Of a DNA stretch of 64,000 bases, positions 7,932 through 17,175 are shown one piece after another. The notes below the pieces were generated by a model. It was given only the letters and a program-made list of their open reading frames with translations, was not told the DNA's origin and did no database searches. This DNA is from an uncultured Candidatus Saccharibacteria bacterium (GTDB lineage Bacteria > Patescibacteriota > Doudnabacteria > UBA920). Position 1 is the first letter of the stretch; each line of letters begins with the position of its first letter. The stretch covers positions 7,399 to 71,398 of the forward strand of contig CAZACP010000004.1 of assembly GCA_964483665.1 (NCBI GenBank). Reading direction: 5' to 3'. The translations under genes were made by a program, and so were the position numbers.

Positions 7932-8025
7932 CGAAAAATGACTTTGTCATCTCGTGGCAGGCCAGCATACGCTTTTGGTATGATGATCTGCTATGAGAAA
8001 ATGATGAGGTCATTTTTCGTGAGCC
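7931..8025. repeat. 95-bp element bounded by perfect 13-bp inverted repeats CACGAAAAATGAC / GTCATTTTTCGTG, immediately 3' of tRNA-Gln
   Basis: The terminal inverted repeats are read directly from the sequence, and the internal sequence is unique. It lies at the tRNA / GIY-YIG junction. Confidence 0.5.
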
Positions 8026-8083
8026 CCGAGATTATCCACCCATGGTGGAGAATTTTTCGGGGCCACGGTATAATATAACTATG

Positions 8084-8341
8084 CATTATGTATATTTATT
8101 GGAATCCCAACAAGATAAATCATGGTATATAGGCCAAACGGATGACTTAAAAGCAAGAGTAGCCAGGCACAATGCGGGTAATGGAGCCAGAACCACCAGC
8201 CTTAAAACAAATTGGGAACTTATATACTATGAAGCCTATAAGACTAAGGCAGACGCCTTGGGTAGAGAGAAATTTTTGAAAAGTGGATCTGGCTACAAGT
8301 ATTTAAAAAAACAGTTAAAAAATTATTTAGAAATCAAATAA
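8084..8341 (+). CDS. GIY-YIG nuclease family protein (UPF0213/YhbQ-like, about 85 aa)
   Basis: MHYVYLLESQQDKSWYIGQTDDLKARVARHNAG...WELIYYEAYKTKADALGREKFLKSGSG. A TATAAT box is at 8069-8074. The start is moved to 8084 from the ORF-track start of 8042. Confidence 0.8.
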   Translation, partial: HYVYLLESQQDKSWYIGQTDDLKARVARHNAGNGARTTSLKTNWELIYYEAYKTKADALGREKFLKSGSGYKYLKKQLKNYLEIK

Positions 8342-8426
8342 TATAAGCAATAAACGGGTATGGGTCCCGCAAGGAACCAGCTGGCGTGGGGCTTTGTGTT
8401 TATAAAATTAATTTAACAAAAAAATT

Positions 8427-8678
8427 ATGGCTAATTCCTTAATACTAAACATATCTAAAAATCCTTCGTATACAACCCAGTCGTTACAAAACCCGGCAGC
8501 AAGTTATGACAAAACATTAGACTATTTGAATATTGCTTTGGCAGTAGCCGTAGCAATCGTTATATTTTTAATAATGCGTTTTATATTGCTTTGGTACTGG
8601 AAAATCAATGAAATTGTTAGTTTATTAACAGATATTAGAAATAACACCAATAAAAATGAACAAAAAACACAGTCTTAG
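8427..8678 (+). CDS. Hypothetical small membrane protein
   Basis: 83 aa with a single TM helix (LNIALAVAVAIVIFLIMRFILLWYW). Confidence 0.4.
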   Translation: MANSLILNISKNPSYTTQSLQNPAASYDKTLDYLNIALAVAVAIVIFLIMRFILLWYWKINEIVSLLTDIRNNTNKNEQKTQS

Positions 8679-8692
8679 GCTGTGTTTTTTTA
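8664..8692 (+). terminator. Rho-independent terminator
   Basis: acacag-tcttagg-ctgtgt followed by ttttttt. The stop codon lies in the loop. Confidence 0.55.
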
Positions 8693-8744
8693 AATTGACT
8701 TTATTTATGCAAAGTTTTAAACTAGTAGTGTAATTTATTTAGAT

Positions 8745-9410
8745 ATGAAACTAGAAAAAATCGTTATTGAATTAAGGTACAAAGATATAAACCCAATTTT
8801 TAATTGGAGGTCTTCTTTGTTTAAAGCATTAACAGGGACCAGGCCAACACAGGATGTTAGTTTAAATGAAGGTTTCGAATTAAAAATAGAAGATAAAAAA
8901 GCTTTACTGATTTTAGAACAAAGGAGGTGGGCTGTTGCTGTCGAAAATACAAGCAATGTTGAAGATGTTAAAAAATTTTTATACGAGCTATTTACTAAGA
9001 TTCATTCCGTAATTAACTGGGGTACAGGTTGTAGAATCGGTGTAAGAACAGTCTGGGTAAAAGAGTATGTTGGAACTCTGGAAAATCTAGTAAATAAAAT
9101 AAAAGAAGAAGTTTACAAAAACATTCCTATAGTTGATTCAGCTAAGGATATTGCTTTAAACTTGAGCCTTTCAAATCGTGAACATAAGGTAAATTATATT
9201 TTGGGACCAATGGAAAAGAAAGAGCCTACACACCAATATTTTCAAAATAAATCATTCGAAGAATTACCAAACGTATTTTTACTGCTTGACTTAGACTATT
9301 TTTTTGTTAAAAACCAAATTTATACCAAAAAATACTTTAAAGAGTTCGTCGAGGAAGCTATGAATTTTGCCTTGATTAAATCAAATGAAAGTGAGGGTTT
9401 GATTTTATGA
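8745..9410 (+). CDS. Hypothetical soluble protein (first gene of a 4-gene coupled cluster)
   Basis: 221 aa with no motif I recognise. Its stop overlaps the next start (ATGA at 9407-9410). Confidence 0.55.
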   Translation: MKLEKIVIELRYKDINPIFNWRSSLFKALTGTRPTQDVSLNEGFELKIEDKKALLILEQRRWAVAVENTSNVEDVKKFLYELFTKIHSVINWGTGCRIGVRTVWVKEYVGTLENLVNKIKEEVYKNIPIVDSAKDIALNLSLSNREHKVNYILGPMEKKEPTHQYFQNKSFEELPNVFLLLDLDYFFVKNQIYTKKYFKEFVEEAMNFALIKSNESEGLIL

Positions 9411-9730
9411 CAATGTATGGAACAACAACTTTTGAAGATTCTTTTATGGGTAGTACAGGAACCTCGCTCAAACTCCCAAAGAGAAAACAGTTCCAAGTTA
9501 AGAGTATAGATTTAGCTCTTAGATCAAGCAAAAGGGCATCCATAAGACCTTTGATAATTTTTAATTATTCAATGGTTGTTTTTTCAGTGTTCTTTGCAGT
9601 TGAATTTATTTTAGTTTTTTTTAGTAAAAGCATTATAAACGGATTTGTATCACTAAGCGCTTTAACAACAAGCTTGGGTTTATTTTGGGTTTTCAGAACT
9701 CTTCAAGCTGACTATGAAAAAAATGCGTAA
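9407..9730 (+). CDS. Hypothetical two-TM membrane protein
   Basis: 107 aa with overlapping, translationally coupled starts. Confidence 0.5.
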   Translation: MTMYGTTTFEDSFMGSTGTSLKLPKRKQFQVKSIDLALRSSKRASIRPLIIFNYSMVVFSVFFAVEFILVFFSKSIINGFVSLSALTTSLGLFWVFRTLQADYEKNA

Positions 9731-10028
9731 TTGGATTCCTAAAATTATTCGCGAATCAATTAAAGTGGAAAAAGAGACAAAGTACGGGCAGATGAATCAA
9801 AAGGCCGTATCGGCTGTAATTGTAGTTGTAATTATTTCATTAGTAGCTGGAATAACTTTCTCGTACACACCACTAAAAAACATAAATCCTCTAAATGGAT
9901 TTTCTTTTGCTTTAAATAGCGGAACACCATACGTGCTGGTAGCAATAATCCTAGTTTCAGCTTTTGTCTGTATGGGATTTCTTATGTACTGTAAAAATAA
10001 AGGTTGGATTAGCTCAAAAGATTTTTAG
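9714..10028 (+). CDS. Hypothetical two-TM membrane protein
   Basis: 104 aa overlapping the previous ORF by 17 nt. Confidence 0.5.
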   Translation: MKKMRNWIPKIIRESIKVEKETKYGQMNQKAVSAVIVVVIISLVAGITFSYTPLKNINPLNGFSFALNSGTPYVLVAIILVSAFVCMGFLMYCKNKGWISSKDF

Positions 10029-10060
10029 AATTAACAAGGATAAGAAAGTAAAGTGTTCTT

Positions 10061-10303
10061 ATGCAAAAATATTATATTGCTATTATAATAATTTTACTCC
10101 TTGGTTCTTTTTATTGGTTTGAATATAGACCAAATAAGATTAGAAAAGATTGTTTTGTCGTTGCCAAAGATTATAAAAATTCCATTACTAGGACTGAAAG
10201 TGATTTAATAATGGAAGGGTTTACAATAACTAAAAGAGCTGACTATGAGAAATTATTTGATGATAAATTTAAGGAATGTAAACTAGAACACGGGATTCAA
10301 TAA
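10061..10303 (+). CDS. Hypothetical single-TM membrane protein
   Basis: 80 aa with an N-terminal TM helix. Confidence 0.45.
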   Translation: MQKYYIAIIIILLLGSFYWFEYRPNKIRKDCFVVAKDYKNSITRTESDLIMEGFTITKRADYEKLFDDKFKECKLEHGIQ

Positions 10304-10397
10304 ATTATAAACCTTAAAAAGAACCATACTTTGACTAAAAATCATCAAAATAAAGGTGATTTTTTGTTTTATTTAAGAGGAATTTCATACATAGTAA

Positions 10398-10428
10398 TTG
10401 ACAAATAAGGCTAAATATGATATAATAT
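10398..10428 (+). promoter_or_regulatory. Consensus sigma-70 promoter TTGACA-N17-TATAAT
   Basis: ttgaca aataaggctaaatatga tataat. It drives the GC-rich ORF that starts at 10542. Confidence 0.55.
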
Positions 10429-10541
10429 TATGGTTATATAGACATTTTGTGGCACTTCTACCGGAGAGGGTTAATAAATCTTTTGCGGTGGGAGCGATAC
10501 AAAGTCCCAAAAATCAAAAACCATTCTATAGGAGAGATCCA

Positions 10542-10838
10542 ATGATCTATACGCCCCGTAGTGAAAGCACGAATCAGACTTGCACGATCATCAGATTCCG
10601 TGGCTTTATAATTTCTATTGCCATGGACGACCGTTCTCGTGGGGGCACAACTCCACTTACCCGATCTTCTCTGGCAGTCATCGAAGGCAAGGAGATCGTC
10701 ACGCACAGATTTGCAGGTCGTCATAACACCAATGACGGCTACATCGAAGAAGTGGAAGGCGAAACGCTGTTTGAAATTATGGCAGCGATTGCCGCAGTGA
10801 CGCAGCCCGAATCGGAGTTGGTCGCCAAGACTTCGTAA
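10542..10838 (+). CDS. Hypothetical protein (GC-rich orphan ORF, about 55% GC)
   Basis: RBS aggaga 7 nt before an ATG at 10542. The ORF-track start at 10398 coincides with the promoter -35 box, so I trimmed it. A hairpin gggcaag...cttgccc at 10886-10908 follows the gene. Confidence 0.4.
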   Translation: MIYTPRSESTNQTCTIIRFRGFIISIAMDDRSRGGTTPLTRSSLAVIEGKEIVTHRFAGRHNTNDGYIEEVEGETLFEIMAAIAAVTQPESELVAKTS

Positions 10839-11100
10839 AGAAATACAATCAGGCGTATCGCACATAAATCCAGTGACGAACTGGTGGGCAAGATGAACTT
10901 CTTGCCCCTTTACCTTAATTCATTAATAATTGTGGTTTGAGGTAAAGTTTTAAGCAAAACTGTTCCAACTTCGTCAAACAAGGCCAGCCAAAGAAAAGAC
11001 AGTAATCAATGATTGCAGTCTTTTCTTTGTTTATGACCGACTTGTACTTAAGCCTTGCTTTTAGAGCAATATTTTTTTGCCATATGTTATAATTAACACT

Positions 11101-12198
11101 ATGAAAAAACATCAAATAGCCATTTTTTTATTTATTGTCCAAGGAATTTTGTTTCTTGGGCACTATTTTGTTTATAAAATTTTTACTTTGGTTTTTGGCA
11201 TAACTTCCCCACAAAGCCTGTTTTGGACACGGCTAATATTTTTTATTATGTCCGTAAGCTTTCTTTTTGCAACGCTTTTTAATTACAAATTCTACGGCTT
11301 CTTTGGCCGCTTTATATATAGAACTGCGGCTATTTCACTTGGAACCTTTTATTGGCTATTTTTTGCCGCTTTATTAAGCGGAGCCCTTTATATATTAAAC
11401 CTAAGCTTAGCGCCTGTTTTAAGCCAAATTTTAATGTTTAGCGCGGTTTTAGTAAGCCTATACGGCATTATAAATAGCCACAATACCAAAATCACCCAAA
11501 TAAAGGTAACTTTGCCAAACTTGCCTAAAACCTGGTTAAATAAAAAAGCTGTATTGGTGGCAGACACGCACTTTGGCAGTTACTGGAATATAAATTTTGC
11601 CAAAAAAATAGTTAGGCTGATACAAAAACAAAATCCGGATATAGTATTTTTTTCCGGCGACTTTTTCGACGGTCCGCCGGCTTACTTTGACCGTTTAGCC
11701 AAACCCTTTGCGGAATTAAAAATAAAAAACGGCATCTGGTTTGCCCCGGGAAACCACGAGGAATTTTCCGACCCCAAACCTTTTTTTGACGCACTAAATA
11801 AAGCCGGAATAAAAGTTTTAAACAACGAACTTGTAGAAATAGAAGGCGTGCAAATAATTGGCGTGGGTTTTGGCGCGGCTCATAGAGCTGAGCAGGAAAT
11901 GGGCGTGCTGGAAAATTTAAAGATTGATAAAATAAAGCCAAGCATTCTAATTAAGCACGAACCCTCGCATATTAATGTAGCCGAAAAATTCAATATTTCC
12001 CTACAGCTTTCAGGCCATACGCACTCAGGCCAAGTCTGGCCGCTTAACTACATTACCAAAAAAGTTTACGGCAAATTCCACACGGGGCTTAACAATTTAG
12101 GCCAAACTCAAGTATATACAACCACCGGCGCAGGCTCCTGGGGCCCGCCCCAAAGAATTGGCAACCGCCCGGAAATTGTGATAATTAATTTTAAATAA
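11101..12198 (+). CDS. Membrane-anchored metallophosphoesterase (calcineurin-like)
   Basis: N-terminal TM helices, then the motifs LVADTHFG, FFSGDFFDG and GNHE. The start is moved to 11101 because a TATAAT box at 11085-11090 overlaps the ORF-track start. Confidence 0.75.
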   Translation: MKKHQIAIFLFIVQGILFLGHYFVYKIFTLVFGITSPQSLFWTRLIFFIMSVSFLFATLFNYKFYGFFGRFIYRTAAISLGTFYWLFFAALLSGALYILNLSLAPVLSQILMFSAVLVSLYGIINSHNTKITQIKVTLPNLPKTWLNKKAVLVADTHFGSYWNINFAKKIVRLIQKQNPDIVFFSGDFFDGPPAYFDRLAKPFAELKIKNGIWFAPGNHEEFSDPKPFFDALNKAGIKVLNNELVEIEGVQIIGVGFGAAHRAEQEMGVLENLKIDKIKPSILIKHEPSHINVAEKFNISLQLSGHTHSGQVWPLNYITKKVYGKFHTGLNNLGQTQVYTTTGAGSWGPPQRIGNRPEIVIINFK

Positions 12199-12199
12199 C

Positions 12200-12628
12200 A
12201 TGGAAAGATTTAAAATTATCCCAACTGTGCATTTATTTTTAATAAAGGATGAAAAAATCCTCTTACTTAAACGAGCCAATACGGGTTACGAAGATGGTAG
12301 TTATAGCGTTCCGGCCGGGCATTTAGACGGAAATGAAACCGCTAGCTCCGGCATGCTGCGTGAAGCCAAAGAAGAAATTTGCGTTATTATTCAAGAAAAA
12401 AATATAAAATTAGTTCATTTAATGCACAGAAAAAACGAAAGAGAACAATTAGATTTATTCTTTTTATGTAAAAATTGGTTTGGGGAACCAAAAATTGGGG
12501 AACCTGATAAATGCAGCGAACTAAAATGGTTCGAGTTAAATAAATTACCTTCAAATACTATTCCTTACATACAAAAAGCTATTTACAATTATCAAAAGAG
12601 TGTTATTTATTCCGAATTCGGCTGGTAG
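12200..12628 (+). CDS. NUDIX hydrolase
   Basis: Nudix box GHLDGNETASSGMLREAKEEICV. Confidence 0.8.
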   Translation: MERFKIIPTVHLFLIKDEKILLLKRANTGYEDGSYSVPAGHLDGNETASSGMLREAKEEICVIIQEKNIKLVHLMHRKNEREQLDLFFLCKNWFGEPKIGEPDKCSELKWFELNKLPSNTIPYIQKAIYNYQKSVIYSEFGW

Positions 12629-12630
12629 CT

Positions 12631-12665
12631 TTCGCCTGGCCATTTGCATTAGCGTACTAGTACGC
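12631..12665. repeat. Family E element (TTCGCCTGGCC...GCGTACTAGTACGC)
   Basis: A direct-repeat partner is at 13570-13627. Confidence 0.6.
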
Positions 12666-12675
12666 TTATAAAGTT

Positions 12676-13548
12676 ATGACTGAAACAAAAAAAGGCGAGA
12701 TTTATATTTTTTTAGAAACCCTGCTTTGGGCGCTTTTCCCAGTTATTACTCTGCTAAGCTTTTCGAGCTTAAAACCTTTAGCTTCATTAGCTTTAAGCAC
12801 GCTAAGCGCCTCTGTATTCTTTGGGTTTGTTATAACCAAAAAGAAACTCTGGAAAGAAGTTTTCAGCAAAACCGCCAGAAAAGAAATACTGCTCGGCACT
12901 TTGTTTGTCGGGGTAATTTTTTATTTGTTGCAATTTTTCGGCATAAGCCATACCACAGCCGGCAACGCGGCATTAATTTCGCAAATGGAAATATTTTTCA
13001 GTTTTTTAGTTTTTAATGTATATAAAAAAGAATATTTCGATACAAGCCACATTTTTGGAGCTCTGTTAATGCTTTTAGGAGCCTTAATTATACTATTGCC
13101 TAAAAGTTCGCAAATAAACCCGGGCGATATTTTTATTTTGCTTTCAACTGTTGCGGCCCCATTAGGCAATGTCTTTCAACAAAAAGCCATGAAAAAGGTC
13201 AGTAGCTTTAACATTATGTTTTGGCGAAACACCCTAAGCTTTCCTATATTTTTTTTGTTGATGTTTATTTATGGCCAAAACTTTTCTGGTGCGGATTTGC
13301 AAAAAAGTTTGTGGCTTGTAATATTTAGCGGCGTATTTTTGTTCGGTATTTCCAAAATTCTTTGGCTGGAAGCTATACATAGAATACCGGTTGTAAAAGC
13401 CAACGCGCTTAACTGCATAGGGCCTTTATTCACCATAATTTTCGCTTATTTTTTACTCAAACAATCCCCTACCATTTGGCAGCTTTTAGCGGTTTTGCCT
13501 TTAAGTCTAGGGATACTAATTCTCACCAAGCCTTCAAAAAAACATTAA
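12676..13548 (+). CDS. EamA/DMT-family membrane transporter
   Basis: 290 aa with about 10 TM helices in two similar halves. Confidence 0.6.
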   Translation: MTETKKGEIYIFLETLLWALFPVITLLSFSSLKPLASLALSTLSASVFFGFVITKKKLWKEVFSKTARKEILLGTLFVGVIFYLLQFFGISHTTAGNAALISQMEIFFSFLVFNVYKKEYFDTSHIFGALLMLLGALIILLPKSSQINPGDIFILLSTVAAPLGNVFQQKAMKKVSSFNIMFWRNTLSFPIFFLLMFIYGQNFSGADLQKSLWLVIFSGVFLFGISKILWLEAIHRIPVVKANALNCIGPLFTIIFAYFLLKQSPTIWQLLAVLPLSLGILILTKPSKKH

Positions 13549-13569
13549 AAAAACAAAAGCTACTAGCTT

Positions 13570-13627
13570 TTGCCTTAAAATTTTCGCCTGGCCCTTTTGC
13601 ACTACTGTACTAGTACAGTAGTGCAAA
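13570..13627. repeat. Family E element with perfect 38-bp palindrome CCTTTTGCACTACTGTACTAGTACAGTAGTGCAAAAGG
   Basis: Read directly from the sequence. It shares the TTTTCGCCTGGCCC leader with 12631. Confidence 0.65.
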
Positions 13628-13631
13628 AGGT

Positions 13632-14675
13632 TTATCGTATAAAACTCGCTTCAAATGCCCATTTGGTGCACTGGTCTAACTGGCTTTGTGTTAGAATTCC
13701 ATTTTTCCTTAAAAATTCTTCTTCGTGCACAATATTACTTTTGTACATTTCCGGCCCGTCGGTATTTATGGTAAATTTTACACCGTGCTTTATAAGCGTA
13801 TGAATAATATTTTTTAAATCTGAAACATTTTTAACCACGCTATTGCGTAAATTCGACGTCGGACAAATTTCCAAAGTAATATTATTTTTTACCATAGCTT
13901 CCATAATTTTTTTGTCTTTTACGCACAAAATTCCGTGTCCTATTCTGTTTGGCTTAATTTCATTAACTACATATTTTAACTCTTCTAAACTCCCCGCTTC
14001 TCCGGTATGAATGGTTATGCCCAAGCCGGCTTCCCTTGCTCTTTTAAAAAGCGGCGCATGCTTTTTCATTGAAAAAGTTTTTCTTTCAGGGTCGGCAATA
14101 TCAAGGCCAATAACGCCCTCATTTTTATACTTAATGGCTTTGTTGGCAATTATTTCATTTTGCGTAAAACTTAAAGACCTGCCCATCATTAAAATAATTC
14201 CGGCTCTAACTTGAGGGTATTCAAGCATGGCACGCTCAGTGCCCCAAAGCGCGGAATATATAGTGTGGTCCAAATCCCGCTCGCCGCTTCTGTTGCGCTT
14301 CATGGGGTTAAACCTCAATTCATGCAGCACAATATTGCTTTTCCTAAATCCTCCGGCAATAGTTCCCTTTACCGACTCTTCTATCGCTTCGGGCGAAGAC
14401 TGTATTAGTTCGGTCCAATGGAAAAAATTCTTGTCCATTTGGTCAAGGTTTTTGTTTTTTTCCTCACCCGTCATAGTTATCATGTCTTCAAACTCCCAGT
14501 AACTTTTGGTGGGAAGCTTTATGCCTTGCCTGTGCGAAATCGCCCATAAAATGGAAGGGTGTACAGCCGAGCCCAAATGCGAATGAAGCTCTACGTGTTG
14601 TTTAAAAATTTTTTGAGGCACTTTAAATACGTTTAATATAAAACTAATAATAACAAATTTCAGGGATTCTGACAA
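13632..14675 (-). CDS. add: Adenosine deaminase family protein
   Basis: The motifs HSHLGSAV, TIHTGEAG, RIGHG and FTINTDGP are typical of the adenosine/AMP deaminase fold. Confidence 0.75.
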   Translation of the reverse strand: MSESLKFVIISFILNVFKVPQKIFKQHVELHSHLGSAVHPSILWAISHRQGIKLPTKSYWEFEDMITMTGEEKNKNLDQMDKNFFHWTELIQSSPEAIEESVKGTIAGGFRKSNIVLHELRFNPMKRNRSGERDLDHTIYSALWGTERAMLEYPQVRAGIILMMGRSLSFTQNEIIANKAIKYKNEGVIGLDIADPERKTFSMKKHAPLFKRAREAGLGITIHTGEAGSLEELKYVVNEIKPNRIGHGILCVKDKKIMEAMVKNNITLEICPTSNLRNSVVKNVSDLKNIIHTLIKHGVKFTINTDGPEMYKSNIVHEEEFLRKNGILTQSQLDQCTKWAFEASFIR

Positions 14676-14789
14676 CGTCCTGGTATTTTTAAAAAATACG
14701 AAATACGAAACAAACTAAAAATTCTAATTTATGAATTTTAAAAACTAAAATTTTTCGAATTTCGGATTTAGTGCTTCGAATTTTTAGCT

Positions 14790-16523
14790 TTATCTTGTTT
14801 CTCTTGTCGGAGGGATTTGGAAATAATTAACCAAATACTGCGCCAGCTGGCCAAAAGCCGGTGCCGCGGTGCTTTCCGCAAACTTTACTGTTTTTGGCTT
14901 GTCTATACGAACAAGCATTAAAAATTTTGGGTCTTCCACGGGACCAAAGCCAATAAAGGTGCCTATGTTTACATTTTCTTCATATCCAAGGCCGTTAATT
15001 TTAGGAACCTGGGCTGTGCCGGTCTTCCCCGCAATATAGTAGCCAGGAACACCAGCTCTTTTTCCGTGTCCGTTTTCCACGACATTTACCATCATGGCGG
15101 TTACGGTATTGGCGGTTTGAGCAGAAATTATTTGCCTTACTTCCTTAACTTTGGTGTCAGTTCTTTGGCCTTCCGGAGAAATTCTACTGGCAACAATATA
15201 TGGCTTAAGCATCTTGCCTGAATTTGGAAATGCGGTAAAGGCTTGTATGAGCTGTATGGGCGTTACTGTTAAACCCTGGCCAAAACTGGCTGTTGCGAAG
15301 TTTACATTAATATTTGCCTTTAGGTTGTCTAAATTACCTTTTCTCTCCATTAACTCAATCCCGGTTTTTTCACCAAAACCAAATTTTTTTACGTATTCTA
15401 AAAATTTTTGATTCCCGATTTGGTCTTTAACAAAAATCAAGCCCGTATTTAAAGATTCTTCCAGTACTTGTGTCATTGTCTGCAGGCCCCTTGGTTTTGG
15501 GTCAGAATTTTTTATAGTTTTGTCATCTATTTTTACAAACCCCTCGTCCACAAAAGTCGTATCCGGAGTTATTTTGCCTTCGTTTAAAGCCGCGGCCATG
15601 GTTAAAGGTTTAAATACGCTTCCTGGTTCATAAGAACCTATGGTGGCTTCGTTGTTAAAAGCGGCCGGGTCAGTTACTTCGCTGTATTTATTTGGGTCAA
15701 AATCTGGGAAACCGGCCATAGCCAAAATTTTTCCGGTTTTTGGGTCAGCGATTATTACCGTCCCGCTAGTCGCCTCATTTTTTTCCACCGTTTCTTTTAA
15801 AACTTTTTGAGCCTCGTACTGGATATTTTTGTCTATGGTTAAAATTAGAGAGTCACCGTCTTTTGCGGCATCCAGCTGCCTATTGCCGCCAAAAATCCAG
15901 GCTCCGCTTATATCGCCCTCCTGTTTTAAAACTCCTTCTTTTCCGGCTAATTCACTTTCAAAAAAACTTTCAAGCCCGTAAACCCCTTGCTTTGTATCGC
16001 CCTTATAGCCAACAAATCCCAGCACCTGGGAAAGTAAGGATCCTTGCGGATAGTACCTAAAACCTTCGTGGTCAAAATATATACCGCTTAACTTTATTTC
16101 CTTAATTTTATTTACTTCTTCATCGCTGAGCTGTTTTTTTAAAACCACATATTTTTTTTGCTTGTTTGCCAGCTTGTTTAAAAGCTCGTTATGTTCTAAA
16201 GACAAGACCGAAGAAAGACTGGCTGCTGCTAAAACCGGATTTTGAATCTCGCCCGGTACGGCATAAACCAGCGGTTTTTGAATATTGGTAGCCACAGGCA
16301 AAAGCTGGTCGGTCGAGTTTTCAATTAAATTTATTTCCCCCCTTGTGGGCAAAAGTTTTAAAACCATATTCCTTTGCGCTTCCGCCCTGGCTTTACTCTC
16401 CTTGCCGCGAACTATTTGCAAATATCCAAGCCGTAAAACAATTATAAAAAAACATACTATAAAAAAAGCAGCCAATAAACTGCTTCTTAGGTCTAATGGA
16501 TTTTTAACCTTTCTCTGCACCAT
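14790..16523 (-). CDS. ftsI: Penicillin-binding protein (FtsI/PBP2-type transpeptidase)
   Basis: N-terminal TM helix. The motifs are SVFKP (SxxK) and KTGTAQ (KTG). It is positioned after ftsL in the dcw cluster. Confidence 0.85.
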   Translation of the reverse strand: MVQRKVKNPLDLRSSLLAAFFIVCFFIIVLRLGYLQIVRGKESKARAEAQRNMVLKLLPTRGEINLIENSTDQLLPVATNIQKPLVYAVPGEIQNPVLAAASLSSVLSLEHNELLNKLANKQKKYVVLKKQLSDEEVNKIKEIKLSGIYFDHEGFRYYPQGSLLSQVLGFVGYKGDTKQGVYGLESFFESELAGKEGVLKQEGDISGAWIFGGNRQLDAAKDGDSLILTIDKNIQYEAQKVLKETVEKNEATSGTVIIADPKTGKILAMAGFPDFDPNKYSEVTDPAAFNNEATIGSYEPGSVFKPLTMAAALNEGKITPDTTFVDEGFVKIDDKTIKNSDPKPRGLQTMTQVLEESLNTGLIFVKDQIGNQKFLEYVKKFGFGEKTGIELMERKGNLDNLKANINVNFATASFGQGLTVTPIQLIQAFTAFPNSGKMLKPYIVASRISPEGQRTDTKVKEVRQIISAQTANTVTAMMVNVVENGHGKRAGVPGYYIAGKTGTAQVPKINGLGYEENVNIGTFIGFGPVEDPKFLMLVRIDKPKTVKFAESTAAPAFGQLAQYLVNYFQIPPTRETR

Positions 16524-16632
16524 AGTTTAGTAAAATTGACGTTGCTAGATTCTGTAGTTTTCCCCGCCTACAACGCATATGTCGTAGCATTTCGGGCAGG
16601 TGTAGTGTATTTCTATTTGTTATTCTGTAGCT

Positions 16633-16998
16633 TTACTTTAATGCCGTAGCCGGCGCTTGTAAAGTTACAAAAGTCGGCGCCCCTGCCTGGACAAAACCGC
16701 TTTTGGAAAAATCGTCCGTTAAAACTGAAATAGCTGTTGCTTCAGACATTTTTAAATTTAAAGCTTTTTGGGTTTCATTCAATTTTTGGGCTTGTTTCTG
16801 CAACTCCTTTATTTCATAGCCGGTAGAGGCTCTGGCGTTTACTCCGAGCAAATAGCTTAAAAGCAAGGCCGCGTTAACCGCAATTATGGCATAAAGCAGC
16901 CATGGCCTTTGTTGCTCTACTCCAAAATTTCGCCTGGCAGCGGAAATTTGCGGGCGAGCGCTGAAAAATAAATTTTGTAATATGTCGGTTTTTATCAT
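16633..16998 (-). CDS. ftsL: Cell division protein FtsL-like
   Basis: Single TM helix plus coiled coil, sitting between rsmH and ftsI. The start is trimmed to MIKTD at 16998. Confidence 0.5.
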   Translation of the reverse strand: MIKTDILQNLFFSARPQISAARRNFGVEQQRPWLLYAIIAVNAALLLSYLLGVNARASTGYEIKELQKQAQKLNETQKALNLKMSEATAISVLTDDFSKSGFVQAGAPTFVTLQAPATALK

Positions 16999-17004
16999 AT
17001 GTTT

Positions 17005-17078
17005 TTTTGCTTGCCCCGTTAAATAATTCGCTTGTCGAATTGCCGTCAGAGGCGGCATTTAACAGGGTGAATTTTTTG
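17005..17078. repeat. Structured multi-hairpin element (copy 2)
   Basis: ccccgttaaataattcgcttgtcgaattgccgtcagaggcggcatttaacaggg. The stems are conserved relative to 2878-2940 with compensatory substitutions. Confidence 0.5.
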
Positions 17079-17175
17079 TTTTAATTTTTGCTTGTCCGTC
17101 TAAATGTCCCGCCCAGGCGGGACTTTTGACGAGCTTTTGTTTTTTAGTTAATTGTTAATCGTCAATTGTTAATTG

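Noticed and set aside
7825-8013. Minus-strand 62-aa ORF.
   Set aside because: It is entirely antisense to tRNA-Gln and the IR element.
10398-10541. ORF-track start of the GC-rich ORF at 10398, and the antisense ORF 10458..10865.
   Set aside because: The ATG at 10398 is the first codon of a TTGACA -35 box. An RBS precedes the ATG at 10542 instead. The minus-strand ORF is the usual open antisense frame of GC-rich DNA and has no RBS.
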